From the human T2T-CHM13v2.0 reference genome, Homo sapiens, in assembly GCF_009914755.1 (NCBI RefSeq), contig NC_060926.1: a stretch of 64,000 nucleotides of DNA. One strand, given 5' to 3'. Positions 44,934 through 58,622 of this stretch are shown in pieces; position 1 is the stretch's first letter; every line of letters begins with the position of its first letter. The position numbers and the translations under genes were made by a program. The notes under the pieces were generated by a model. The model had not been told where the DNA came from. It saw nothing but the letters and a program-made list of their open reading frames with translations, and made no database searches.

Positions 44934-45393
44934 TATGGTTGGATTGTGTTGGCCAAAATGGTATATTGACGTCCTAACCCTCAGTACCTCAGAATGTGAC
45001 CTTATATTAATTAATAGTTTGCTGGGAGTACCATAACAAAGTACCACAGACCAGGTAGGAAGTTTAAATAACAGAAATTTATTTCCTCACAGTTCTGAAG
45101 GCTAGAAATTTGAGATCCAGATTGGATTCATCTGAGGCTTCTCTCATTCGCTTATGGGTAGCTGTCTTCTCCCTGAGTCTTTACACGGTCTGCCTGCTGT
45201 GCCCGTCTGTGTCCAAATTTTCTCTTCTTATAGAGATACTAGTCATATTAGATTAGTGCCCACCTGCTCACTTCATTTTATCTCTTTAAAGACTTGACTT
45301 CCAAATATAGTCACAATCTGAAGTGCTGCAGGTTAGAACTTCAGCACTGAATTTGGGGGTGGAGAGCCAGGGGAAACAGTTCAGTCCATAGCA
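44934..45393. mobile_element. MLT1 5' fragment (+, 44934-45008) abutting an MLT1A-like LTR (-, 45010-45393)
   Basis: gtcctaaccctcagtacctcagaatgtgacctta (+); ccataacaaagtaccacagac...aacagaaatttatttcctcacagttctg...acagttcagtccatagca (-). Confidence 0.85.
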
Positions 45394-47089
45394 AGGTTGA
45401 GAAAGATTTTACTATAACTTAAATGGAAGACTGGCTTTCAGTCAATCCATTTTCAATGTACTTAGTGCCACTGTAAGTACCAGGAATAACGTAGGTTTTT
45501 AATTTAAATGTATTACTAAGAGCCAAGGGATATTTAATAAAGGTGCACTTCCTTTTAACAGCATTTGTAAACATCCTCTGCTTGACACCGCTCAACAATG
45601 GCCTTAGTCATATAACTTCATTACTTATCTTTTGGGAAGATAAGTAATTTTTGTCCCTTTTTCCCCATTATTCCACATAAATTACATGCCTTGCAAAAAA
45701 ATGATCTCCCAGCTGCAAAATATATATGCCTCTTTTCTGTATCTTGTCACTCTTACTCTCCCAGTCTGAAATACCTTACCATCCTACAGCTTTCAGTATT
45801 GCTGACAATATCAGATAACATCTAATAAGATAACCATAGCTGTTGACCACATAGGCAGTCATCATTTTCTTCATAAATTGAGTCTGATGACAATAAAACA
45901 AGTGATTTAAAGTTGTACCTGCTAGCTAGTTTTAATTATACCAAAGCAAATTTTAGTCCCTGGAAGATACCTATTTTCATAATTGTTGCACAAAGTCAGT
46001 GAAGACCATCCTATCTTCCCCAAAGACCTGGTAAAGAAAAACTAAGGATGTTGGAGTAGTCTCACAGGTTTAATTCTTCAAGTGTAGACTCAGACAAGAA
46101 CAGAATTGGGTACAAACCTCAAACGGCCTCATGGAGACTCTCTCTTGCCAAAGAAAATAGCTGCAGACTCTCTCAGCATGCAAAAAGGCTCTGTGCATTC
46201 AAAAGATAGCACCCATATTCTCCAATGAAGGGCCTTTGCACACAAATGCCCCTGTGTGTGAGCCCTCCAGCATACTTCTCATTTTTACCTAAAGGAATAA
46301 TTGGGAGACCTGCACCCATGTCAGAAATCAAATCAATCTATTATTTCTATGTTATAATTCTCTGTATCTCACATTGGTTAACTGTCAGTCTTCCCTGTTA
46401 CAAAGAAATCAAAGAAAATACCAGATTGAGAAATCAGAACCAAGTTAGTATAGGACACCCAAGAAGAAAAACCTGTACTTGGAAAACCTTAGACTATTTT
46501 ATCTGGACAGAAACAGCTGAAGAAACAGAAGCCTAGGGCAGTGAAATAACAGGGCTAGCAACTGGAGAGCTCACTAGAGACTCAACCAGAACGTAAGCTG
46601 ATCTCAATCCACTCGAGGGCAGCTTCCATATTAACCCCCCTTCTGTATCACCTGGGGGAGGCAGAATGGTTTTGTTATCTGGTTTGAGATACTGAGAAAA
46701 ATAGAAATCCTATGCGTTTTTAAAATACAATACTAAAGCAAGCTCTCCAACTGCTCCAGGTAAAACTAAAAATGACAATAAGGAAATACTGAATCACATA
46801 CCAAAGCATGCAATTTCATGTAGTAGAATTTTAAAATGTTTAGCTTAATATTAAAAATAAAGTAAATTACCTGACAGCCCCCTCCACCCTAACCATCCAC
46901 TTGCACCTCAGAATTTCATTTTATAGGCCTTCCTGGCTTTAAATGCAAAGGTGGCAAGGATCAAAATGTCTGGTTAGATGGATACTTCCAAGGAGTTGGA
47001 AATATAAAGCAATGAACTGGGCAAGAATCTTCAAAGTTATGTCAGTTGGCATGAAAATGTGGACATCTTCTCCAAAAGGGCATAAAAAT

Positions 47090-47620
47090 TGATCAATGTA
47101 ATTTAGCAAAAAGCTTTTGAATGCCTGGTATGTGCTTGTTGCTATGCTACACGCAGATGGTCATTAAGATGTAGTCTCTGCTTCCAAGGAACCCAGGCCT
47201 AACAAAGGGGATAGATACCAGATTAAAAAATAAAACAGTATAACTGAAATTTTTAAATAATATCAAAGGCACTACAGAAACAGGAATTAATTTTGTGGAA
47301 GTCTGAAACACTAAGACTTGATCAATATGTGAGATCTCAAGAATGAGTAAGGATATATGGACAAAAGAGATGGGAGAGTGCCACTCGGGCCAAGGGGAAC
47401 AGCTCGTACAATGATGCACAAATGCAAAATCTCAGATGTCTGCAAGGAAGAGAGTGCCCTAGTGGGGCTAAGGTCTATATTACAGAACACATAGGAGAAA
47501 GCTTGAGTTGAGATCAAAGGGATAGACCCAGTTATAAGAAACTTACTACTAAGCTAGCGGACAGAGCCTATGGGACTTGGAAAAACACTAGTGACCATAG
47601 GATCAGAGATATAACCTGTG
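47090..47620 (-). mobile_element. LINE-2 fragment
   Basis: ttttgaatgcctggtatgtgc...gtctctgcttccaaggaac antisense L2 3' pattern. Confidence 0.6.
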
Positions 47621-48169
47621 TTAAGTCAGATCATTTTTGTTTCCCACATTTTTCTGTGCTTGTATCCTTATATTTGTGGTTCTGTGTTTGGCTGATATTT
47701 GAATATTTCATGCTATATTAATTGTAATAAAAAGAACTGAAAATGGGGTTCCTTTTTGCGCTTGAACCAGACCTTTAAAATAACTACAGCATAGCCCCAG
47801 AGAATGGTTTGATGATGGTGGGAGTGATTAGAACAGAAAAACCCCAAGACAAAGATAAATCCAGGAGAACAAAGAAACAGCTGCTTGTTCACCTGCTCTC
47901 CTCTTCAAAAATCATCTCCTTCCAGTGGTAAAATCCATGGAGCTTCTGGGTTTTGTTTTTAATAAGAGAGGCTGTTCTTTTTTCAATAGCTGACACTATA
48001 TGATTCAGCTATTACGCATTTAATAAGAATTGAAAGAGAACAGCAAAATATCTATAATCAAAGAAAATTCAATAATTGAGGAAATTATCAGAATAATATA
48101 TGCAAACTGACCACTTAAAATTATTATAAAGATATAGTAGAAATCTGTTTCACTATTTATCTGAAACAT

Positions 48170-48505
48170 CTGGCTTTTCTTTCTTCAACTGCAGACGTAA
48201 GAGCAAAATGCCTTTCTCAAGGAGCTGGAAGCCATCCGTCCAAAATGCAATCATCATCATCCATGGATGCCTTGCTCTAAGTTGTAAACCTGCCTCCTGT
48301 CATGAAGATATGGAAAGTTTACTTTTCCTTTGGGTAAGTCCAATTAGCAAACACAGGCAATCTATGATTCTCCTCACCCCGGCTCTTAAAAACTCTCCAG
48401 CCCTTTGTTTTGGGGAAGTTGGGTTCAATCTCTCTCCTCTACTGAAATAGCCTTGAATAAAGTCTTCCTTGCCTGTTTAACTTTTTCCAGTGCAATTTTT
48501 CTGCA
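48170..48505 (+). mobile_element. ERV1 LTR, MER34-like
   Basis: ccctttgttttggggaagttgggttcaatctctctcctctactgaaatagccttgaataaagtcttccttgcctgtttaact. Confidence 0.75.
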
Positions 48506-48850
48506 TTATTCACATCAAAAAAACAGTCACATATTTCTGCTATACTGTATTCCCAGTGACAGGTCTTTGCCTTCATTATACAATGTTTCGCATGAATTTA
48601 AAAATCACCTATTTAGTGTTCCACAGAAGACCCACCTGAGGTAAGCATATTGTGGTGATTAAATTTTTGCACAGAAGTTGAAATTGGGATGATTTAAAAC
48701 TTGGAACTCAAAATTAACAAGAATTGGGTCACAATTCCTATCAAGAGATTCAATAATATTATTAAATCCTTCAACCTCTGATTTCCTGATAAGAAATCAG
48801 AGATATTACGTGATCTCATTTAGAAAGCTGGCCAATGCTACATTCTCTTA

Positions 48851-49225
48851 TTAGTTAAAAAGGCAGCTCTAGAGATCTTGCAAGGAGCCACAAGGAGTTG
48901 CAGAGAGAGAACACAGCAGTGTTGGACTTAGAGAGACTTCAATCTGAATTCTAGTTCTACTGCTGACTATCTCTGTTAGTTAAAAAGGCAGCTCTAGAGA
49001 TCTTGCAAGGAGCCACAAGGAGTTGCAGAGAGAGAACACAGCAGTGTTGGACTTAGAGAGACTTCAATTTGAATTCTAGTTCTACTGCTGACTATCTCTG
49101 TTAGTTAAAAAGGCAGCTCTAGAGATCTTGCAAGGAGCCACAAGGAGTTGCAGAGAGAAAGCACAGCAGTGTTGGACTTAGAGAGACTTCAGTTTGAATT
49201 CTAGCTCTACCGCTGACTATCTCTG
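48851..49225. repeat. 125-bp unit x3 tandem repeat containing a MIR 5' portion
   Basis: Copies start at 48851, 48976 and 49101; the MIR continues from copy 3 to ~49345. Confidence 0.97.
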
Positions 49226-51344
49226 TGACTTTACAGGCAAACTACTTAACTTAAAGATTCAGATTCCCTGTCTTTAAAAAGAAGATAATAATAATCACTT
49301 GGACGTCATGCTGTAAGTCATATGTGAGATGATGTGTGTAAGTGAGACAGACGGTGGCTGTCGTCACCTGCTCAGGCCACTAGTGTCTGAGACAGCTGTG
49401 CAATGCTCACCATCTAAAAGGGAATTGACAGTATGTGCCAGAGAAGAGTCAGAGACTTCTCCAAAGTGAACTCTGCCCTCCTAGGGTGATGGGAGTCTCT
49501 TGCCAGCAACTGTCAGCACTTGTGGTTGAGGCTCACCTCTCAGCAGAAAGCCTGGCTACACCAGGGCATTGGCTCTCCTCTGTCCTCACCCAAGAGCAAG
49601 TGCCTCAAGCTATCTTGAGCACAGGAGGAAAACCCACCCCAATAATTAACTCCACAAACAGAACAGACTCAATCCACTGTGAAAGGTGATATGAGAAAAG
49701 CTTTGTTTTTGAGCTGGTTCTACAAAAACAAAAATACACAAAACAAAATCAAACAATAAACCTGGACGTAAAAAAAGTAAGAGGTTTCTTCAACTTCTTG
49801 ATTTTTTGAAAAACGTTATAAAGCAAAAGCTTTTAACACCTAAATAGAGGAGCACAGTAATGTTTTAACTTCAGTAGGAGAATAAGAACTGGATATAAAT
49901 TGGCAGGAATTGCATTTCAGCTCTAACTCTCATGTATATCCCATTTAGTCTTTAATATTTGGCAACAATCACCTGGAAAGAATTGACATCTTCCAGGAAA
50001 TTTCATCACACTAGAGATCCTGATGAAAATTAGATTCGTGATAGCAACATGTCCCATAAAGTATCTCATTCAAAAACTAATGGCGTGTTATTTTTATGAA
50101 GTGTATTTTGGGAGTCTCACTCCTATTTGGGAAATTTTTATTCTTCAATGTCCTCAATCAGAGATTTCTCCATTAAAATTCACATATAAAAATTTGTATA
50201 TGAACCACAGAAAGTGATCGTATTCATGAGTCAAATAATAGATTTGTCTTAAGAACTACCTAGGTTTGAGCACTTTTATTTCCTCATTCAAAAAGCAATT
50301 CAGAACTCTTAAAAAAATTGATAGTCTATAACCACCTTTAAGAAAGTGGGTTTTCAGTCCACTTTCTTAATCTTACACTTTCTATTCCCCACCCACATGA
50401 CTTTGCTTTTCTCCTGGCAAGAACAGATAATAACACAAGGAAAACAAGAAGGGCAATATCTGGGCTGATTATTCAGAGAAGCAAAATATTTCTCATCTTT
50501 GTATATTCGTTGGTGGCAAAAATAATTTTCCTCTTTGTTCCCATAGATACAGTAAGTCTGATTAGTAATCAGAATAATAGATCATAAATCACAAAGCCAG
50601 TTAAATATCATCTGTCCTTATGTAATATTTTAAACATATTCTTGTTTACTAATTGGTCCCATTTGTTACAATAACATGATTTTGAAAGGTGATTTGACTT
50701 AAATTTAGATGCATTTCATATATACATGTAGAAAAAAATGGTATTACCATGCTTGACCATGTGTAAACTGTAATCAAAAAGATATTACACAGATGATATA
50801 GAATAATGTATACCTATTTCTAAGACAGGTCAAAATACTGAATGTTTTCGCATTTCCCATATTAGAAGCACTTTCGGTTCTATCTCCCCCATCTTTCTCC
50901 TACAAATTATGAGGTATTCATTTTCAGTATTCATCCCGAGTAAATAATCTATAATATTCAAATAGAATATTATTTTTTTAAACTTCAAAATTGAGTGACA
51001 AAAATATCTTATGGACATTAAGGAGAAGTCAAGGCAATGTAAAACAGCAATTAACTAGAAGGGATAAGAAAAGGACAATAAATATTTTAGAGAACACATC
51101 CCAGCCTGAACCTTGTGCACTACTCTACTCAGCCCACTATGCAGACCACCACTATCAAGGGAAGATTGGTGCCTCTTGCTCTCCATGACTTTGCTTCTGA
51201 ATCATGCTTCTTGTTCCTTGTCTTAAAACTGCTTCCAAACCTCCCAATTATTTACTTTGACTGTCTATTTTTTCTACTACTTTCCTCTGAGGACAACTTT
51301 GCATTGCCTGTTACATGTTACACTGCACATGGTATTATTTGTAG

Positions 51345-51551
51345 CTAGGTTTCTCAATCTCAGCATTATTGACACTTTGGACCAGACAAGTCTTTGTTAT
51401 GCATTATAGGATGTTTACATCCTACAGTGGCCTCTACTGACTAGATACTGCCAACACCACCCCTCTCAAATCTTGTCAATCAAAAACGTCTTCAGACATT
51501 GCTGAATATACCCTAGTAGGCAAGATCAATGGCCCCTAGATGAAAATCACT
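51345..51551 (+). mobile_element. MER20 (hAT-Charlie DNA transposon)
   Basis: ggtttctcaatctcagcattattgacactttggaccag...aaaacgtcttcagacattg. Confidence 0.8.
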
Positions 51552-51564
51552 ATTTTACACTGAC

Positions 51565-52030
51565 ATTTATTCATGCATTCATCCATTCGATAAATGTTTA
51601 TCAGATGCATATTATGTGTCAAATACTGGACTACAATAGTAAGAAAGATACAGTGGTTGCCCTATCCTAAAGTCTGGTTATAAGTGTGGACAAGTAATCT
51701 GTTAATTATAATTTAGTATATGAAGAGATAAAAACAAAGCACTACTAAAGCATAATGAAAGGGCACGTAACCCAGTTTGGCAGGGGTGGGGGGTGTAAAG
51801 CTTTTCACAAAGGAAAAGGCACTTAAGCACATACAAGAAAGATGAGTGGTAATTAGCTCAGTGAAAAATTTAAAAGGCACAGAGTGCTCCAGACAAAGAG
51901 ACCAAGTAGGCAAATGCCTGCAGGTCAGCATTATTGGGGCACAGAGAACAGTAAGCAGGAACCAGGTCACACAAGGTTTTGTGTTTCATATTAAGGAGTT
52001 TGACTTTATTCTGAGGATAATGATGAGCTA
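51565..52030 (-). mobile_element. LINE-2 3' fragment
   Basis: attcatgcattcatccattcgataaatgtttatcagatgcatattatgtgtcaaatactg. Confidence 0.7.
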
Positions 52031-53548
52031 TGACCTTGCTCCTCAGGACAATGCTAGCTGGGGTCCCCTGCCCTGACTCTTATAACTTGAAATAAATGTC
52101 CTTCTAACATATGTCAGTCCTTGGGTACTTCCATGACAGCCTAGAACTTCTCCAACACAGCACTCTTTTCAAGCTTTATCCACTCTTTTAACAGGTCCAA
52201 TACAGAGACCATCAATCTTCCAGGTCTAACCATAAAAGAATGAGAAATTATCTCTACCATTTAAACTAAAATGATTTGCCATTTTTCACTATTGCACAAA
52301 TAACTAAATTCTGAAGTTATTCCACGTGGTTATAACTAAGTGGGGTACCAACTTTTCTGTGCACTAACTAAGAATTAGTTCTTTCAGAATATAAAGAAAG
52401 TTAATTGCCATTTACAGATGAAACTAAGAAAAAATCAAATCGATGGCTGATCGGGTTTAGACAAGTTCTACTGACTTCCCCTTTCTTAGTCTTGATGTTA
52501 TATCTAGTTATATTTGTCTAGAGTTCACTGGGGAATTTCTGAGCCACAATAACTCAATTTTTAAAAAATTAAATGTCTAATACGTTCATTACATAAGCAA
52601 TGGATTTAGTCTTTGTGTGAATTAAAAACACTAAATATGCAGCCAATGTTTGTTTAATATACCACACAACTAAAGAAGACATTTAGCATGAGAGAGAAAA
52701 CAACTTGATGTGACTTTGAATAACATCTGAGTCACAAGGAAGAAAATCAAATAAATGCTCAACATATTGGGAGAATGTTTTTAACCAAGCAGTGACTGTG
52801 TTTTAACAGAATGTGGTTTTGATATGTGAAGTTTGGAATGTGAAGTTTGGAATGTGAAGGATGAAAAATTGGTAGCATTGCTTTGCAATTAAGTAACCTT
52901 ACTCAAACCAAAGCTTTGTGGAATATGTCTATTTGCAAGTAAGTAAGTTTGAATTCATTTCCTTCTCATCATCTGTTCACTACAGCATAAAACAGGGAAA
53001 AAGAGAGCGCTGGGTAAAATAAAACCAGAGTTGAGCTTCTCTCTCCAGTTTTGTAAAGATTCATCTTTTCATCTGGAGTAAGTGGCCCAGGGATCTTTAC
53101 TTTTGATTTTTAGCACATTTCAAAGTGATTCTTGTCCATTGATCTTTCTCTCACAGGTGAACAAAAAGTTCCTGTAGTTTTAAATTTCCATAAATTCTGC
53201 TACATTTTAAATTCTGAATATTTAGAAAGACTCTAAAGTGCTGGAGAAATTAACCTTCCCCTGAAACTCTTATTACTTCTGTCTAAATTTTCTCAGCAAA
53301 AATATACTCAAATATCACTGCAGGTCTTAAAAATGAACAACCATATGACCCTTTTTCATATTATCTGTCACCTCATATTTAAAAAGTATCTCATCCTTTC
53401 TAAGTGGTCATATCTGAATGTCTAATTAAGATTATAAAACCTATTAAAGAAGGTTAGAACTGAATTCTTTTTTCCTCACAGTATTTAAATTTTTAAAGAT
53501 ATTCAACAAAAGGTAATCATTAGGTAATAATTTTAAATAATAATTTTT

Positions 53549-53885
<337 letters not shown>

Positions 53886-53919
53886 TTATATTGTTTTTTT
53901 TAACTTAGCAAGACTGGGC

Positions 53920-54101
53920 CTGAAAGAGAAAACAGAAGGAAAGATAGCAGAGGAAGAAGGGAAGAAGGAAAGGAAAGAGGGAAAGAAAGAGAAAGAAAAG
54001 AAAAAAAGGGGAAAAAAAGAAAAGAAGGAAGGGAGGGAGGGAGGGAGGAAGGAAGGAAGGAAGGAAGGAAGGAAGGAAGGAAGGAAGGAAGGAAAAAGAG
54101 G
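53920..54101 (+). repeat. Purine-rich low-complexity tract ending in (GGGA)n(GGAA)12
   Basis: Almost pure A/G; GGAA x12 at 54047-54094. Confidence 0.95.
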
Positions 54102-54967
54102 TATGATTGATGTAATTCATAGAAGCTACAGTGTGACAATCTCCACTGAGATTCAGAATCAATGAATAGTGTGCAAGTGTAGAGATTCCCTAGCCCAAAA
54201 GATCAAATCCAATCTGAATGAATATAATAATACCCTTAAAGAAAGATGTCCATTATGACTTGGTGGAAGATATGAAAAAGCAGGGGTATTCTGTCACAAA
54301 ATCATCTAAAACAAAAATTCAAGGAGAAAAAGAAAACTAGAAGTGCCCATCCAAGCCTCATCCAGGAAAGAAAGCATTTTAGCCAACTATACTTAGAGTA
54401 ATGCAATCCCACGAAAAATGCTCTTCCTGTCAGGGAAACGAGTACATCAGGCTAAAGAAATTTGTATCTATCTAAATCTCACTGCTCTGATTCTGATTTC
54501 AGATGGATGTGCCTACAAATCGAGAATACTCTCATTTAAGAATGCTCATAAATATTGATATATTAACATTTCTATTCCATACATCAGTCCCACAAGCCTG
54601 GTCAATGGAAGTCCATCATACCAGTGGTTAACATACCCACCTAGAGTTACTACACCAGATTTAGGATAACATATACTTACTAGTATAATAATCAGCCAGG
54701 CTTCCTCCAGTGGACATCCTAACCACGCTATTAGCTTTTGGTGCTCTCCATTTGAAATTTCTACAACTAAAACTCGTCCATTTCTTGTCAACATTAAGCA
54801 ATATGTACAAACCATAAAGACAAGTTATAGGTGTCCTTTCTGGATGTTCTTCCATCATACATAACTCCCTCTGTGTGCTAGATTCTTTAGTAAGTAGTGG
54901 AGACGTAGCGTACCCACCTTGATATAGCTCACAACCTGGCAGAGGAGACTGAAATGTGTATAAACGT

Positions 54968-55261
54968 AGTTAGGCATGGTGGCTCATGCCTATAATCTCA
55001 GCAATTTAAGAGGCTGAGGCAGAGGGGACTGCTTGAGCCCAGGAGTTCAAGACTAGCCTGAAGAACAAAGTGAGACCCCCATCTCTGCAAAAAATTTAAA
55101 AGTTAGCCAGGCATGGTGGTGCCCGCCCATAGTCCCAGCTACTCAGTAGACTGAGGTGGAAGGATCTCTTCCACCCAGGAGTTCAGGGCTGCAGTGAGCT
55201 ATGACTATGCCACTGCACTCCAGCCTGGGCAACATAGCCAGACCCTGTCTCAAAAAAAAAA
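54968..55261 (+). mobile_element. AluJ within L2 fragments
   Basis: gcttgagcccaggagttc and gggctgcagtgagctatga J-type diagnostics; TSD aaatgtgtataaacgt / aaatgtgtgtgcacat. Confidence 0.93.
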
Positions 55262-56317
55262 TGTGTGTGCACATGATATAGTATTAAAAACACTATAATG
55301 GTGCTTTGTGGGAATGAAATTGAAGCAAGTGGAGGGGGAACTTAATTCTGCATGCAACTCAGTTGAGAGGGATCAGTTCTATAATTTAAATAACCAAGAG
55401 ACTTTACCAAACATTCACCATTTTTTTCATAAAATAAAAGCAATGATTGCAGAATTTGTACTTATAGATGTTCTAACTGATGAACGACTACCCCAGATAT
55501 TTTATATGCAAAGATTTCCATTAAATATAGGGAAAACCTGGTTCTGAGAGGAAAATATATCTGTTACGTAAAATTGAGAAAAGCATGTGACTCCCATAGT
55601 CCCATTTATTTGCACCCACTAATTTGCACTGGAAATGACTTGCCTACTAGCGAAACAACTCAGTTGTGTTCTCACAATTGGATCTAAGACATATTTCTAA
55701 TACCACCCACAGTAAGCAAGCCCTGTGTCTATTTTTGCTCACCATTGTGTCCACAGGAACTATAACAATGCCTCATACATAGAAGATGCTCAATATAACC
55801 TATTGAATATACAAAACAAATATTTAAGAATGCCAGTAGTTCCTTAAGATACTGGGTGGATCATCAATGTGTTAAAAGGTTGAAACTGGACCTATTCTTT
55901 TTAGAACTAACCTAAACAAAATTAGTCATGCACAATCATTAGGATACTTTGATAAATATAAATACTCCCTAATAATGAGGGGTAGATAAGGGCCATAGGT
56001 CTTCATTCTCAAAATTTCTTAGTCTACCAGGTGTTCTATTACAATAAGTGTAAGTCTCAGATCAAATTCTGTGACACACTCAAACATATATTAGCAAGCA
56101 GGCACAAAAACAGTTAAGTCCCAGTTATCTGACCTCTTGGGAACTCCAACTATCATGTTCCATCAAAGATTCATTTGAGAGAATTGCAGCAGTATTCTGG
56201 CAGCAAGAGTCAGCTAAATTTCTAGTCAGAACCGGGTGGCAGAATCCTCAGTTAATGGCTACACATGGGACCAAATAGCATTCTAGACCTGGGATACCAC
56301 CCTGATGGGTCTAGGCT

Positions 56318-56551
56318 ACGATTTCTCAACCTTGGCACTACCAATATTCTGGGTTGTGTAATTCTTCATTGCGGGTGAGTGATGAGATTTTATACATTGT
56401 AGGGTTTTCCACAACGCCCTGGGTATCTACCCACTAGATGTCAGTAGCAGCCTCTCCCCCAAGCTGTGACATCCAAAAATGTCTCCAGACATTGCTAAAT
56501 ATTTTGGGACAGGAGGTTGAGAGGCAAAATCACCCTAGTCAAGAACCACTA
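56318..56551 (+). mobile_element. MER20 (hAT-Charlie DNA transposon)
   Basis: tttctcaaccttggcacta...tctacccactagatgtcagtagca...aaaaatgtctccagacattg...aagaaccact. Confidence 0.85.
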
Positions 56552-58469
56552 GTCAAGCCACCTGGTTCACTGGAAATTTAGTCTCTTTTTAAATTAAGTC
56601 AGTTGTGCCTATGCAACATTTCTAACCAATTCATACATCTTGAGCATTCTCATTCCACCAGTGAAGAATCATTTCTAACATTGCTTACAACATAATTAGG
56701 ACACCTACCAGTGCTCATCAGAAAGCAAGATATGAGAGTGCTAGTAGCAGGTGCCTCTGAAGAGTGCACTCCTGATTAGATTCTTTCAAATGCTAACTAA
56801 CTGCTTGTGGTGGGTGTATGCCTGATTAGAGTATTTCAAATGTTAACTAACCATCCTCTGACTTCAAATCAAATAAACACTTTTTCTCTAATTTCGATGC
56901 CAGCTTGGTATTGCCCCCAAGCACCTCAGAGAAGCAACCACTGGAAAGCTTAAGGCTAAACTCTCAGGAAAAAAGTGATAAAGCTGATAGCAATAATGCC
57001 AATAACTTAAACACAAGCATACATGCTGTAATCCTACTGCCAGAACAACTGAGATGTAGCATGCTCTACAGTTTCTCTCCGAGTTTCATCCAACAAAAAT
57101 GATTTTGCTCATGCACAAGCATATTCATTATAGCAGGTGTTCAGTTCAAAGAATGAATTATGGGCAAAAGTTTTGCAAGTATATAAATATTTGAGTATTA
57201 AGATTTAAATGGTGCTAGATTCCTATATCCACATGGGGTGCATTTACACTTGAACTTGGTTACGTATCTTCCCAACACCAGCTTCCATGACTGAAAATTA
57301 AGAGGTGGTTTTAGATTATTTCAATTTTGAACTGAGTAAAAGTATGATTATGCTGACAAAAGACAGCTACTCCCCATCCAGGACTGGATATTCTGGAGAT
57401 GTTTTCTGCATACAAAATACAGGAAAAAAAATAAGGACAGGGCAAATCAAGTGAATCCAATGAAATAATCACAGCCACATGGAGGTGTTTTGGATAAATT
57501 ATACTCCTGGTCAGGGTGGCAGAGGTTTTATGCCTGACACAGAAAGAAAAAGAAAGAATGAATCAGAAAACAAGTCAAAAAAGGAAAAAGGGTAGTTGAT
57601 ACATTTGTCAAAACAGACATCTCTTTCACACACACTGTTGTGCCTCTCTGGACAGTGTACTTGAATCTGCTAATCCACCCAGTTAGGAACCGAAAGCATA
57701 AAACGACGAGGTGACCCAGAGGCCTTACCCCTAAAGATAACTGTGAATGCCAAGGATGGTGCCCACCTAGAAGGAGGTTCAGTTGACCCTCTCAGAAGAA
57801 ACAGGAATAAATTCTACCCAATAATTAAACGTATCTACACACAACACCATTAATGTACACTGATTGCTTAGGAGACAGTGAGAGTTCTATGCCCCTGAGA
57901 GTCTTCCAGGGAAAAAGACTGGGCACAAGTGTTGTTAAAAACATAGAAGGTGTTATCTACCCAGAAGTGTTAAAATCATTACTGTACTTGCAGTGTCATC
58001 CCCAAACAATCACAAATAGGTTAGCTCTTTTTGACTTCCCTATCACCTGCTGGTGGAATTTGGGATCAAACCTAGGGATTAAACTGGGCAAGTCTGCACT
58101 TGAATCCAGTTATAGTTTCCTTTCATTACTAAAGAATCAGAGAACAGATATTGTCAAGAATACTAACAGAAGAGCACTGCAGTTGAACCAGAAAATTGGG
58201 AAGAGATTGGCAGAGATCATATAGAAGCCCCATCAATCCACTACTGTTTGAATTAAGTACTCAGGAAATCTAGACTAGTAGATAGGATAATGTGGTTCCA
58301 CTTAACATAAGGACAGAATAATCCCTCCTGATGAGTCAGACCCGTGGGAGGGAATTTGTGTTGGATTTGAAAAAACTCCTTTGGAGTTTCTGCCAAGCAG
58401 CATCTTATACTAAAAAGATATATAATTATGTAGAGTGACTAATTTACTTTTGCAGACCCCTTACATGTT

Positions 58470-58622
58470 ACATGAAATAAAGTCTTCTGTTTACCTGTTT
58501 GTCTCTACCACTGGGACCATGTCTTACAGGACAGGGACTGTGTCATCTGCATTCTTTTGTCTCTGTAGTGTAACACAGTATGAACACCCAATAAAGGTCT
58601 TTTGAGTGTTGAATAAATAGGC
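58470..58622 (+). mobile_element. L2 3' end
   Basis: ggacagggactgtgtc...cacccaataaaggtcttttgagtgttgaataaa. Confidence 0.6.

Noticed and set aside
48851-49225. Regular repeat as a possible CRISPR-like array
   Set aside because: Units are head-to-tail copies with no unique spacers, there are no cas genes, and the context is eukaryotic
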